A stretch of 64,000 bases of DNA from Calcarisporiella thermophila CBS 279.70 (lineage: Eukaryota > Fungi > Calcarisporiellomycota): the NCBI RefSeq assembly GCF_041956535.1, contig NW_027192229.1, positions 26,830 through 90,829 of the forward strand, given 5' to 3'. Of this stretch, positions 1 to 13,459 are shown piece after piece. A model generated the notes under the pieces. It did not search any database. It saw only the letters and a program-made list of their open reading frames with translations, and was not told the DNA's origin. Numbering within the stretch: position 1 is the stretch's first letter; each line of letters opens with the position of its first letter. The translations under genes and the position numbers were made by a program.

Positions 1-666
1 CTCTTATATTTTGCTTGTTGAGTAATAAAGTGGCGCAGTCAAATGTGAGCTTGCTGGATGGTCGCAAGAAAATGGATTATTACGCTTGCCACAACGGCTT
101 TTATTTCACGTGTCACCTCTGATCAATGAGTGGATAATCAAATTATCCTTGTATTATACAGTTTGAAATAATAATACACTGCATTGACCGAGTCTGTGGC
201 TAAATTTCCCATATTATATCAATCTCTGTTATCGGACCTGTGAGTATCCACCTCTGTGCTCTACTAGATGCCTAAAACATTTAGAAATTGTTTTACGCCG
301 GAGTATGATTGCCGAAATAACATGTCCACGAACCACCGTTACCATTAGCTCTCATAGCTGCCCAATGCATTTGATAACTACCAGAACCCCGCGGCCCATA
401 CGGTTATTTAAAGATTTTTGGTTGATAGTGAATCTGCAAGAGTTGGGTACGAAGTTTGCAAATTATAATAGTTCACCAAGAATTTCTACAAACTAGTAGC
501 TGAATCAAAATATTTTCCTAGCGATAGATTAAATATTTATCTCGAATTTTTCTACTTTCTTAAGTACAACAAACATATCTATCAGCCTAACTTAAGAATA
601 CAGAAAAATTCGCGACACTTTATTGGTTAAATTCGAAACAATCGGCATTTAGACTCAATACAATAG

Positions 667-993
667 TCACTCGTCTCGGCTTATACGATGAACATATTTA
701 ACACTCTTAATATAAGGAAAATAGAACTTCTCATAACCTTTGTTGACACTTGCTACTAATATTCTGCAATGATCGTCCTTAAACAGTTGGAGTGTAGGTG
801 AGTACGGGATCTTGTAATGTATCGACCTGACATTATTGTAAACCTCCTTCTTATTAATTATTTGGCATCTATTATCACGATAATCGCCCACCCAAAAGCG
901 AGTACCGGTATAATTGTATCCAGAAAGCAGGTCAATTGGGTTACCAGCACTTGCCAACGAGCAAAATGCTACGAGAAAAATCAACACTAACAT
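667..993 (-). CDS. Small secreted protein, probable beta/gamma-crystallin-like fold
   Basis: 108-aa intronless ORF. Hydrophobic signal peptide ending ASA-G; NYTG, VYNNVRSI, LFKDDHC and IKSVK segments resemble Greek-key crystallin motifs. Confidence 0.65.
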   Translation of the reverse strand: MLVLIFLVAFCSLASAGNPIDLLSGYNYTGTRFWVGDYRDNRCQIINKKEVYNNVRSIHYKIPYSPTLQLFKDDHCRILVASVNKGYEKFYFPYIKSVKYVHRISRDE

Positions 994-2927
994 CTTTGTC
1001 TAAGTAACGTTTTTAGAGAATGCAATTTTTGGCCCATTTATAGCTCTCTCTCCTGATGTAAGTTCATCTTTTGTTCAAGGCACAGCCAGATGATTGCGTA
1101 AGCCAAAACTTATACTGTCCATTGAGTTTTTCTCGGATGAGTACGCTGAAAGACTCAATTAAGCACGAGTGAATATTGAGAAGGTTTATGTAATTGCTCG
1201 TGTATTTCACCTCGAGTTTCTTTACTCGAACCATCTACGAGTTGAATTTTGTGTAAATTACATAACATAATTTTCATCTTCTAAAATTAAATCTGGAAAA
1301 GGTTATTTAATGATAGTAAGAAACGCGGAAAATATGGTGGGCATAGACATTTGATTTATTTGTATATTTTATCTTATTTATTTCTCATTGTATTTCGTTT
1401 TGGCTGTTGGATGTTTTACTTTTTTATATCCTCCATTACTTAAGCAAGAGAATATGTCCAAATAATGTCATTTAAATTAGTTATAACAGAGAGAAAATAG
1501 AAGATAAATTATGAATTTGGGTATTCGCGCGTGTTAATAAAACATAAATCGCGTTAGGATTTCATTGAAATATTATTTGTATTTTAAACAAAATGAAGCG
1601 TCGCTGGATCAAATCTCAGAAAATAGATGTAAAGGAGAGTGAATCAGATAGATATATCATAATATCAATTAGATTACTGAGTTATATTATTTCCCTACAC
1701 TATAAATTTCTATGACCGTAATTCTAATAATGCAGCGAATAATCTGGAAACTATTAAACAAAGTTTTAATTAAGCCACCTATATTTCCAAACTCCGACGA
1801 AATACAAATAAGAAAGATAGAGAGAGAAAAAAAGGCGCAGCAGAACTTTGACTTTCAGTTCCTCGGAACTTATCACAGAACAACTCATTGAGAAGTTACG
1901 CGATCATGGATAAAAATATTCTTTCTCATTCGGTTTACACTTTTCTTGAATCTTTATGCCAAGTTATCATCGCCTCATTTATTAATTAAATTCTCTGCCA
2001 GACTTGCAGATATTTGACCCGCTTTATCCAATTCAATAGCACGCTTAACATTTCTCCTTATCGGATCTAATTACAAAAACTCAACTGCGCTCAAGGATTG
2101 CTCTTATAACACTCTCCATTCAGCTGAATAGCTTGCATGAATTCCGCCCTGATTCAATCGTGATAAATCTCGATGTCGCAATTTTGCTCGATACTTTGCT
2201 AGTTCGGACAGGGATATTCACGTATGATTAAAATTACATCTCTATCGATCCGTCAGATTAAGAAGCGGTCTGAGCTTGACAGTTGAATGAAGCTTATCCA
2301 AGTTGCGAAAACTGCCAAAAAGAATTGGCTTACCGAACAAAAACTTGCTCATCAAATAATCTCTAGTGAATTAGGGGAACCGTATTCAATTTTTATGAAA
2401 AAAAAAGAAAGATCATATTTACATGTTAGTTGAAAATAAGTGTTTATACAAGCACATTTCTATATAATCTTACTTCTGTTTTGCTGATACAGCACCAGCT
2501 GGCTGGAGCAGTTCCAAATGGCCCTATTTGAAAGGATTTTCATTCGAGCAGATCTAGCAAGGGCGGAGCTATCCGGCCAACTTTGGATCTCATCAGATTC
2601 TGAAAAAGAACTTGAATTGCTATATTCTACTTGGCTTATCAGTTTCGGGATCTCCCTTAACTATTTCCCGAAGGTAAACTGAGATCAAATATAAATAGCT
2701 GAGAAGCAATCTTCATAATTACGTGGTGTTGATGTTTCCCTATTAAGGCGGCTAAGCGTTACAAGGTTAAAATAATAAAAGTGGGCCGATGTTTTCCCAA
2801 ACACTATATCTTAACTAGCTTTGCACAGCAGGTTTGTTCTGCTATGTGTTGATGCCACTTGGATTTTTTCCCACCGTTTTCGTTAGTTATCTACTTACAT
2901 TGCTATAGGCCGTAAAAAACTTAGGGA

Positions 2928-4938
2928 ATGGAGGAGAATAAGCACGATAAATCTGATACGCTCCCCCCAGAATACGACAGTAAAAAGCCGGCACAATTAC
3001 AGAATTATGGCGATGAACAGGCTGACCTCCACGAAAACTCGTCAACTCAGCTGGAGAAAGGTGGTGAGGACATCGAACTTCACTCTGCTGGTAAAAACGA
3101 CGCAAATGCAGGCGAGGAAGTGCCTTTTCGCCTCTCCACTAAAACACTACTGGCATACATCTGGTATTTTAAATATTGCGTTCTTCATTTTCTCCAATAA
3201 TTTAAAAGAGAGTCTGAACTCTTAATTGAAATGGCTTCCTTTATTATAATAGTCTCTGTCTTGTGATTTTCATGAGAAGTCTCGACGAGTATGTTTTCTC
3301 GGCTGTTCTACCTAATATTGCTAGTGAATTCAATGCTGCATCTCAGATGGGAATTCTCGGGACGTCCACATTCCTAGTATTGACTGCTTCGCAGCCTTTA
3401 TACTCGAAGATGTCGGATCGAGTGGGAAGAAAAGAGACCTTTCTAGTTTCACTTGTCTTCTTCATTATTGGCACAGCAATATCCGGCAAGAGTGAGAATA
3501 TGGACATGCTTATTGTAAGCTTGTGACATTCTTTTGTTTCTCTGAACCCGAGTTAATATTCGTTTACATAGGTGGGTAGAAGCATTAATGCCCTCGGAGG
3601 TACAGGTATTGATGTCAACGTTCAAATTATTATCTCGGATTTATTCCCCCTCCTGCATCGCGGCAAATGGTTGAGCTATTTTGAAATTGTTTACATTATC
3701 ACCGTTGGAATTGGGCCCGTTATTGGTGGCGCATTAGTCGATAAAGGAGCATGGCAATGGTGCTTTTACCTTCAACTCCCAATTTGTGGTTTGATTCTCA
3801 TTGCAACTTATTTCCTCATTGATGTGAAACGCGACACTCCCAAATTACAGTGGAAAGACTTGACGGAGTTCGATTGGGTGGGAAACATTTTCCTTGCTGC
3901 ATCAACCATCTGCCTTTTATTGGGCCTGAATTGGGGTGGAACCACCTACCCATGGGATTCTCCTACTATTATCGTGCTTCTAGTGGTTGGAGTGGTCCTA
4001 GGGCTAATCTTCCTGTGGATAGAGCATAAGTTTGCCAAAGACCCAATTTTACCGCTAAGGCTCTTCCGAATTCGTAACGCCTGGTGTGGTTATGCCGCAG
4101 GCTTTTTGTTCGCATTTACATCAATGGGGCTTTTCTATTTCCTTCCGATTTATTTCCAGGTACTAAGCAAATTTTTTAACCCTCTCAAGAGCACAATCAA
4201 CCTAAATCCGACCACTTTAGATTGCCAAGTCATATACTCCCACGGTCGCTGGTGTTCAGCGTCTCGCATATAATGCCACAGCAGTTCTCAGTAGCATTAT
4301 CATTGGGATCGTCGTTGCTGTAACCCGCGAGTACCGTCTCTATATCTTTGTCTGTTTGTCCATATATACCCTTGGATTGGGTCTTACTATCCTCATGAAT
4401 CAATATTCGCATGCAGCAGAAATTGTTGCCTATCAAGCCATTCTGGGTCTAGGAGGAGGATCCTTCACCATTGTGTTGTTGCTGGGGATTCAGGCAGCTA
4501 CCGAACAAAAAGGTGATTCGATACAGGCGCTTTTCCTAGCATACTCACAAATTAATATGTTTTTCCTCACCAGATATTGCCATCACAACTACTCTACTGA
4601 CTTTCTTCAGGCTAATTGGCAGCACTTTTGGGACGTCCATCTTTGGCGGTATCTGGCTTGCGACCATTAAGAATAGCATTCTTGCGGCCGTTCCACCTGG
4701 CACCCCAGAGGATGTCGTCACTAATGCTCAAAATTCCGTCACCTATATTCTCGAGTTGGACGGAAATCTGAAGTCTATCATTATTCAAGCATATGTGGAC
4801 GCTATGCGAGTATTGGCAATACTCGCCACCGTGGGGTCGGCATTAGTTATTTTATTGTGCCTCCCCATGGAGCGTTATCTGCTGAAAGAGAACTTAGGTA
4901 AGTTGTGGAAAACAGAAGCAGTTATTGTAGTCTCTTGA
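2928..4938 (+). CDS. MFS drug:H+ antiporter (DHA2, 14-TM family), multi-exon
   Basis: Spliced ORFs join across GT-AG introns (e.g. 3164-3252). Motifs SKMSDRVGRK, GRSINALGG, GPVIGGALVD..WQWCFY, FDWVG, LNWGGTTYPWDS, DPILPLRLF. Confidence 0.9.
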
Positions 4939-5528
4939 TCAATATCCAACAACCCTCTCATACTCATTATTGCTATTCTTTTAGGGAGCCCCCCGCAAAA
5001 GCTGAGAAAAGACGAGGGCAACTCTGAGTGGAATATTATTAGGCGCCTTTTCCGAATTAAAAAAGATGAACCACAAAACGAATAGACTATCACCTCGATC
5101 ACCCTTCTCCCTTTTAATGCATACAATATTTACTTTTATAGATAATACGATTATTTAATTTCTTTGTAATTGTAAATGGGACCATTTGATAATCTTTTGA
5201 AAATATTTACAAATAGATTAATAATATGGCCAAACTATCACCCAACAAGCATATGAAGATTTCTCAATATAAGAGGAGAAATGAATAGATTGGCGTGAGA
5301 CACAAATTTATATATCCCTTCAACTGAAGAGTAATGGATTAGAAGCTTTATCTACGCTCTTCTAAGAGAACTAGATTAGCTTAGAGTACCAGGAGTGCTA
5401 CTAAGAGTAAATAGGCTTTAGTTTATTCGCATTTGTGCACCTAAATATGCCAAAATGGAAAAGAAATCCCAATAAGATAAGCTCTTAACCCTATAGGGCA
5501 ATCATCTATCTTGGATATACATTCCAAT

Positions 5529-6979
5529 TTAAGACTTAGCGAGAAGATACAGGTTCACTAAGTAACTCCATCGATCTATCCTCCAATCGCTATTATAACG
5601 GTTTAAAAACCGAATTTGCGGCCCGGTGCAGGTATAGAGAACTTTGCTTTTTTGAAACCCGCTGAATGTAGTTGAGCCGCATATTGTATATGCTCCCATA
5701 TCTTAATAATATAACCAGTCGCCCACATTAAGAAGAGGTAGGAGGCATTTTTGGATAACACAATCTACCGAATCACAGGTAGGTCCCCACACACTACAAC
5801 TGTACTCAATGCCAAGCTCCTTCTCAGACTGGGCATTATACACGAACTCTTTACCAATCTGAAGTACACGAGGAATCATTACCTCGTCGTATCTCAAGGC
5901 CCATAGATTTCCATACGTGCCATCATTAATATAATATAAATACCGCATCTCGTCGTCTTGGGTTGTACGACGAGCAATTATAGAGGTGGCCAAAGTAAAC
6001 GCAGAGGAAACATAATATCTTCCTGGCTCAGCGATCACACGCACAGGCGATGGGAAATATTCCTCAACCGAAGTTTTTAGCACGTTTGCAATTTCATTGA
6101 ATACAAAGGACCCCTCACCAACGCGTGCATTAGGAAATCCCCCACCAACATCAAGTAGAGACATCTGGAAACCAAGAGCGAGAGCCTGATCAAAAACCTC
6201 TCGTGCAGACTTAACAGCATCAACAAAAGCATTCGAATCGTGGCAGTCGCTCCCAACATGAAAACAAACACCAACCACGGACAACCCCAACTCTTTAGCC
6301 GACCTAAGCAGAGCCTGGGTGGAATCCAGAGGTGCTCCAAATTTTTTTCCCAATTTGTACTTGGATTTGGAATCATCTATTAGGATGCGCAGTAAGAGCT
6401 CTGCTCGTGGATGATAGCGCGCGATTTTCAGCAATTCATCCAAATTATCAAAGATCAACATTTTTATTCGGACTCTAGCAGCGTAGCGAATGTAGGATGC
6501 CTGTTTGCATGGATTCGCGTAAATGATGCGAGATGGATCGACGCCTAAATCCAGTACTTTCTGGATTTCATCCTTACTTGCGCAATCAAAGCCATTACCT
6601 AGTGTGGCTAGCAACCGGAGTACCATGGGATCAGGATTAACTTTGACTGCTACATGAAGGTGAGGCTGTGCATTAGCATGAAGTAAATAATACTTTTTGA
6701 TAACTTCTAACTAATTACCAAAGAATGGATCAATACGTGGTAACTTCTCCTTCCAAAGCCTATCTAAACGATATGTTTCTCCTAGATCTGCAACAAAAAA
6801 GGCATTCTCCTCGTCCTCTATTCCCCTTTCTAGGTCAACGCTACTTACTTTTAATTTCAGGACATCTGCGACCGAAAGGTTCGATATATTAGTATCCGGA
6901 CCACTATACTCAACAGTAACACAATCCCATAGGTTGATATTGATTTGATGTTCGCATCATTGTAAAAGTCACTACCCAT
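5529..6979 (-). pseudogene. SPE1: Ornithine decarboxylase paralog, apparently pseudogenised
   Basis: ODC motifs FFVADLG, AVKVN (PLP Lys), FDCAS, IIYANPCK, FHVGS, DVGGGF, IAEPGRY, WGPTCD. In-frame TAA at 5703-5705 inside GDWLYY*DMGAYT. The upstream ATG (6979) is out of frame with the ODC frame. Intron 6650-6718. Confidence 0.8.
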
Positions 6980-8696
6980 TTTTACCACTATTTTTCTTCG
7001 CAGGGAGCGAGTTATAATATAAGAATCAGTAATATAGTATAACAGAGCGATATTTCAAAAGCAATTTCAGTAAATATATATAGATAAACTGTTCTATACA
7101 GCACTATCTCTTGTGTGTTATATATAGTATTTATGACCAAGAAAGGGTACTATTCTGGTAGTGAAATTGAAGACGAAAAAAACATAAACAAATTAAGTCG
7201 CTCGAGAATTCAAATATTGGAATGCTCAAAGGTGTAAAAAAAACGAAAATGCTCCAGGAGAGTCTATGAATAATGGGAAAATAATAATCCTTTGTCCCCT
7301 ATTATATTTGGAATAACATATATTCCTAGGGTTAAGAAGCATATGTACACAAATTAAATTTTCAACAAAAAAGGAAACGCGCTTGACTTCTTCCATCTAC
7401 TCCTAGTTATATTGAAGCCGGTTTAAGCCCGATCTAAAGTTTTAACTTGATCATATATTTCACTTTTATTAGTTTAAGTTTTGAATGCTTCTGCATCAAA
7501 ACTTTGGTTCATTGGTAACTCAGGGCTAAAAATAATGGAATCTAATGCAGAGTGAGATTAGATCTGATGCGATGCTCTCAAAAAAATAATTGACAAAACA
7601 AACAATTTATAATACGGGAAATATGAGTCTATAGAATATTGCCATAAGACCCTATCGATTTTTTCGCTGGGCTAAGGATAGGAGTTTCCATAATGACCTT
7701 AGAACATTAACGCTTCACCTGAAGAAACTCAGCTAACCAGAATTTCTTCTAAGACGAGGGAAAAACTTACTATTCTGGGGATTATTTTCTTATAATTATT
7801 AATTTTACGCTAATGGACTATTTTTTCCTAATCCATTGCTAAGATATGCCAAGAGATTGAGCAGAAGGTAGTGGTTTTAAAACCTTTGGTTTTAACACCC
7901 ATTATCGGAACTTTAAACACTCAGATATTATCAATTGCGTGTTGTGTGTAACCAAACCTTAAACCCCAGTCTATGATACTAAATATGACTTTTAACGTGT
8001 GTAAAGTTGTACCTAGCAAAAATTTCGAACGCTTTTGCACCAGTATCTCGGCAAAGAGATTGTTAGTTGTAAAGTGTTCCATTTACTCGAAATATAAGAG
8101 TGGATTGTTATTGATAAATCTAACCTGATGTTTGATGGCTTTCCATGAGAAATCGTCTACTTTCACAATCTGGGAAAATCCTAGCTATTAAATTAACAAG
8201 CCTCGTTGAAAAATTATCAAAAGAGCAATGTGTTCCGAAAGGGTGTTTGAAATTGCTGACGTGTGCTCATAGGGGTGCACAAATATTCGTTATACCTGCA
8301 TCATTCTTTTGGATTGAATCTCAGATCATAATATCAAGACAATGGCAAAAGTAGTACTACTTTTGCCTTTGTCGTGATATACGCTATCAAAGACTGAATT
8401 TATTCCACGAGCTATTTTCAGGAATTTCATTAAGTAGAGTTATGCTGTTGTAAATGCTATATAAAATAAAATTTCAATGCTAAAGTTTTCCGACTGCCAT
8501 AATATAATTATGAACAATACGGAATAACTGAATTTTTATATTAAATATTATTTAGTAGAACCATATTCTTCATTTTAACTGAAGTGTGTGAAACGATAGC
8601 TCATCATGATTCTGCCTGTAAGATTAATAAAAATTTGCCAGCGCTTTCTAATCATATACTTGTAACCCATTATTCAAAAATTTTCGAAGAATAAAA

Positions 8697-8780
8697 TTAG
8701 TAATCGTTTATAATATCAACCCAGTTGACCGAAAATCCACATATGACTAATCGCTAAGCCGCAGACATGTAGGTATAAAA
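8697..8780 (+). promoter_or_regulatory. Yap/AP-1-like elements and TATA box upstream of GST
   Basis: TTAGTAA at 8697-8703, TGACTAA at 8744-8750 and TATAAAA near 8774, all 100-185 bp upstream of the ATG. Confidence 0.45.
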
Positions 8781-8880
8781 CGGGCAGTATTGTAAAGAAA
8801 TCATCAACCCATACAAAGGCTTGATCTGCAAATTTATATTTTCTCCCACCATAATTTCTAAACCACAAAACACGATAAAC

Positions 8881-9585
8881 ATGGAACCAGTGCTTTTCTA
8901 CGGTGTCCCTCATGGTTGCTCCTTTGGATCCATCGTTGCCCTTGAGTGGCTAAATGTACCCTATCGTCTTTGCCGTATTGAGATGCCCGTTGATCCGAAT
9001 GAGGAAACCTACGTTCGTGTGAACCCCTCGCGTCAAACCCCCGCTCTGCTAACAAAGGATAAAGATGTCCTGAACGAGAGTTTCGCCATCCTACATCACC
9101 TGGCCGCCCTAGATTTAACTAAGAAATTGGGCTTCAAGCAAGGCACCAAGGAGTTTGACCAACTCAACTACGTTCTTTCTTTCCTCCATGCCAGCTTCCA
9201 CCCCTCATGGGTTCCGCTTTTCGCTCCCCATAAGGCATCAGATGACCCATCTGCTCATGAAGGTATTAAAGCCAAGGCTCTTGAGAGAGTTACCAGAGGT
9301 TATGCGCGCATTGAATCCATACTCGAGGGACGTGAGTGGTTGGTGGCGGATGGACCAACAGTTGCTGATGCCTATCTCTATGGTATCTCACGGTGGGGTG
9401 AAGATCTCGGTCTAATCGACATCAAAAAGGATTTCCCGAACATTCAAAAGCTCAGGGAGAAGATGGCTAAGGACAAGGCCGTCATTTTCGCGCACGCGAT
9501 CGAAGATCAACACCCGGCCACTACCAGTGGTCAATTTTTGGGCCATGTTTCGCTTGAAGAGTTGAAGTCCTTGATCCCCTCCTGA
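8881..9585 (+). CDS. Glutathione S-transferase, bacterial-like, intronless
   Basis: MEPVLFYGVPHGCSFGSIVALEW N-terminus, VNPSRQTPAL, LNESFAILHHL and the C-terminal GST motif PTVADAYLY. Confidence 0.9.
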   Translation: MEPVLFYGVPHGCSFGSIVALEWLNVPYRLCRIEMPVDPNEETYVRVNPSRQTPALLTKDKDVLNESFAILHHLAALDLTKKLGFKQGTKEFDQLNYVLSFLHASFHPSWVPLFAPHKASDDPSAHEGIKAKALERVTRGYARIESILEGREWLVADGPTVADAYLYGISRWGEDLGLIDIKKDFPNIQKLREKMAKDKAVIFAHAIEDQHPATTSGQFLGHVSLEELKSLIPS

Positions 9586-10647
9586 GTACGAACCATTTAA
9601 TCGTGACAGGTTTAATGTAGAGGATACTTCAAACCCATAGACCGACATCTCTTTAGCAGAACCTTAACTGTTTCTTTAATGTGCACATATGTTTCAGAGT
9701 TAGCAATAAAATATATAATCTTTTATAGAATACTGTGAATATATCTGAATCGTATGGGAGCAATATATGTGAAATATGGATTCATAGTCCATGATTGAAA
9801 ACCATTTTAATTGCAATTCCTTCAAACAAAATTTGTTATGAGTACACTAGTTTCAGAGGGCCTTGTCAAATAGATGGTAACATTGAAGAGAGTCTTTAAT
9901 AAACATTAAGGTATATAAGTTAAATAATATTTTCAGCAAGGTTAGCAGCTTGTATTGCGCAACGCATTAACTCTCAAGGTCAGGAAATATTTGATTATCG
10001 CTAATTGTCTAAAATACACGTACATGAAATTCAAATATCACACTTAGTTTTCAGTTTTTAGTATTCTTGCATCGCTTTCCTTCAGAAAAACATATGCATT
10101 CGTTTCAAGTTTTCTTTTTTATACTTCTTTTAACAGAAAATTCTATCCGCTTCCCAAATCATCCCCACCGATGCATTTTAGCCTTCAATAATTGATCCTG
10201 ATTAATCTTGATCCCACAAGTTCGATATATTTTTTTATATATTGGGGCTAGAATACATCTTATTGCTGTAGTATTGTCGTGGATATTTCTATTCGAATCA
10301 TCCGTCCGGTGTTCCTCTTGTGTCAAACACACAACTTAAGCGAAGGAGCTATTAGGAGCGGTTAAAGAAATTTAGTCTATTTTAATTATATTATACACCA
10401 GGTCTGTATATGATTTGGAATGTTGTTTAGGTCATAAACTAAAATCGGTATCAGTACAATAGTCCGTAAACAAAATCCCTGTTGCACATTCTATTTGTTA
10501 ACCTATAAAATTCTGTTAATATTTGAATCTAAGAATGCCCGCCGCTTTTCTAAGATTAAATTCATGTATTCATAAATATAAATAGATACAGATATCTTGA
10601 AATTATAATCTAGTAATCATGATGTTCAAAGAGGGTATAATTATTAC

Positions 10648-12350
10648 TCAGCACCTGTTACGAAAAGAACTAGAACCCGCTCCAGCATTGCCACAACATC
10701 CAGAGAGTTTAGCAGTCTGGGTATCTACGACGGAAAGGAGGCAATTTGGTTTCTCCGTAGGAATATTACTAGCGTTGCAACAATCGAAAGCCGCTACGGA
10801 TGTACGTGTCGATAGTGATTTCGCATCTTTATAAAAGAGACCATGGTGTTGATCGCGATCTCCCAGAACTTTGAAGTGGTTTTGTAGCCATGAGCTGGTC
10901 AAAATGACAGCGGTATTTCCACTTATAGGAGTACGTTGTCCCATTATGAATGAATTTTGCTGTTTAAGATAAGAGCACCAAGATGAAAATATTAGCATAT
11001 AAATTTTCACAGATGAAAACAATATCGCATTGGCCCAATACTCACATAATCAAGCACGTATTCGTCCTCATGTCCTTTAATGGTGCCTAAATAAATCGCC
11101 GTTTGACCGTAGTTTTCCTCTCTATCTTCTAGCTCAACAAGAGCTGGTAGCTTAAAGAGGCGGTAAGTGATCGAGTAGAACTTGGCGTCGCCAACGAGAG
11201 CTAAGAGATCTGCCTCATGGACATCAACGCGAAATGAGTTGACCTCGCGTGGTTCCACAAACCCTATCTTTTGGCATAGACGACGGAAATCTTCTACATA
11301 CAATGCTCCGCCAATACACTCGCCCAACAGAACTGGGTGGGCACGTATCTCATTAGGCAGGCGACGATCAGCATAGATATCTGAGAAATACATCTCACCT
11401 AAGCAATAGATAGTATATGAGTTAGGAAATCTGCAGGCTTAATTTAATGTTCCACTGTCGGTCACATCTGAGCATGTCGATGGGTAAGATCGAAATCGGG
11501 GAGAAACCACCAGATGTTTAGAAGTGGTTGATGAGATGCGAAGACTTACCACCCACCGCTAAAGCGTCATATACACCACGCAAAACCAGTTCTTTGTTCG
11601 GCGAGAGGTTTAACACACAATTCGAAATACACAAATCCACTGACTCCTTCTCGATTCCCGCTTCTAAAAGAAATCAAATGTCAGCGATGTATGGGTAGAA
11701 GCCATATACTCCGACTTGTTCTGGTGCAGTTGGTTTCTCTGAATTTTTCTTTTCTTCTACCTGCTCAACCTACCTCGTAAAAACTCGATATATCCAACCA
11801 AGAATTTCATATTAGGCTTATACCCCAATACCTCGGCATATTTCGTTATATTATCACGGGCTGTTTTAATCTGTTCATCGGTCATGTCAATACCAATCAC
11901 ACTGCCGGAAGTTCCAACCAATGCAGCAGCAATATAACAGTCGCGTCCACTGCCAGATCCCAAATCTAGAACTCTCTTTCCTTCAATCCCCATCGGGATC
12001 GGGTTGCCACACCCATAAAACTATTGAAAATAGAATGCAACATGAATCTTAGAGCATAGCAGAGTTCCCAGTAGGTGGCACTACATACTTTCTCAATGAC
12101 TTGATGCGGAATTTGGCGGATGATATCCTTCACAATAGGGTGGGGAGCAGAAGAAGGTGAACAAGCTATAAGATATAAATGATCAGGATGGTGATGTAAT
12201 TTCAAAATGAAATATCCGGAACGCAGATAAGATATAGTGAATGAAAAAGAAAATACCACTGGTTTTAAGATCCTTAGTCGATTCGAGAACTTTTCCATAA
12301 TAATGTTTGACCGAGTCGTAAATAGCAGCATTGTTCTTAAAAGTAGCCAT
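10648..12350 (-). CDS. AS3MT: Arsenite S-adenosylmethionine methyltransferase (AS3MT/ArsM), 6 exons
   Basis: Spliced product MATFKNNAAIYDSVKHYYGKVLESTKDLKTSAC...FYGCGNP...VLDLGSGSGRDC...ISNCVLNL...GGEMYFSDIY...LLGECIGGALY. All four conserved Cys are present; GT-AG introns. Confidence 0.93.
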
Positions 12351-13459
12351 GGTGATGAAAATTCTAATAGAGAACTGTTTAAATGTGCACTTAGTGAGAC
12401 CAGGAATTTGACGTAGTCTTTTTACAAAGTCACTACTTCGCTCCCAATTTCAAAAAACTGCGCTATCTATCGCCATACCTCTCACTGCCCTATTTATTAA
12501 AGAATTAAAGTGGCCAACGCGTTTTAGCTGGATCTTACGTTTCGCCTTACATCTCCCTTGTCAAACAAAACATCCAACGTAAGGACCTCGATATGGAAAC
12601 TGAGCATTTTCTGATATGTCTCAACTGTAATAGAGCAATAAATCCAGCCACTCGTCTCAATATAAATTTAAACTCTAGGTTGCAGAGCGCTTGAAGAAAT
12701 AGATGAAATCCCGATGCAATTCCAATATTAGTGGCATACTCTGTCTTTCGTTCCCCAATATTAGTATTGCCATCAACATGAACAATGAAGCCAGCTTTAT
12801 ACAAAGAATCCACGCTTCTACCCGTTGTCACAGGTTAGATTGTGAACAAAGGGTATAGGCACCCTAAAGTGCGACTCAAAGTATAACTCTAATTAGGATT
12901 CGGTGTGAGTGTTGGCAAAATTCAAAGCGAGCGGGAACTTTGTGCTCGTACGGGTGGCCCCGAGCTCTTGTACGAAGGTCCACCTCATCCCGACTGCTGC
13001 AGACAATACGCTCCAGTTTCACTGGATATCAGGAGGGCAACTGAGGTGTGTGATTATCAGTTGTGCCATTATCCTAGGAGCGTGCGATTATTTCTCTTGA
13101 TACAGGCATCGGCGCTACTGTAACTTGGATTGTGGACAGAAGGATTGCGAGTTCAGTGAAATTGAAAGAATATCGGATCAATTTTCCGCTAGATATTCCA
13201 AGCCACCACTTCGCGAAAGTTTTCCAAGAATGAGGAAGCTTCGCTGCAGATTCATATTAAGTTTCCTAGGTTCCTTCGAATAGCAATTTGTAACATTATT
13301 TTGAGTCAATGAAATGCCTATCTTATCTATGCTCTTGAGAATGTTGTATTCAACAGCCATTTATGGAGCTTGTTCAAAACATTAAGTTTAGCTATTTATT
13401 GACTGCTTACATGTGAAAGGATTAGCACAAGGCTTGCAGAGAAATGTAAGTATGATGAG

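Noticed and set aside
2050-2690. Coding-like stretches upstream of the MFS gene
   Set aside because: Multiple stops and no identifiable family.
10600-10650. AS3MT ends Cys-TGA, suggesting possible selenocysteine readthrough
   Set aside because: The sequence after TGA is AT-rich and UTR-like, no SECIS is recognisable, and all catalytic positions are ordinary Cys.
12547-13360. Short ORFs between AS3MT and VOC copy 1
   Set aside because: No recognisable motif or consistent splice structure; possibly decayed sequence.
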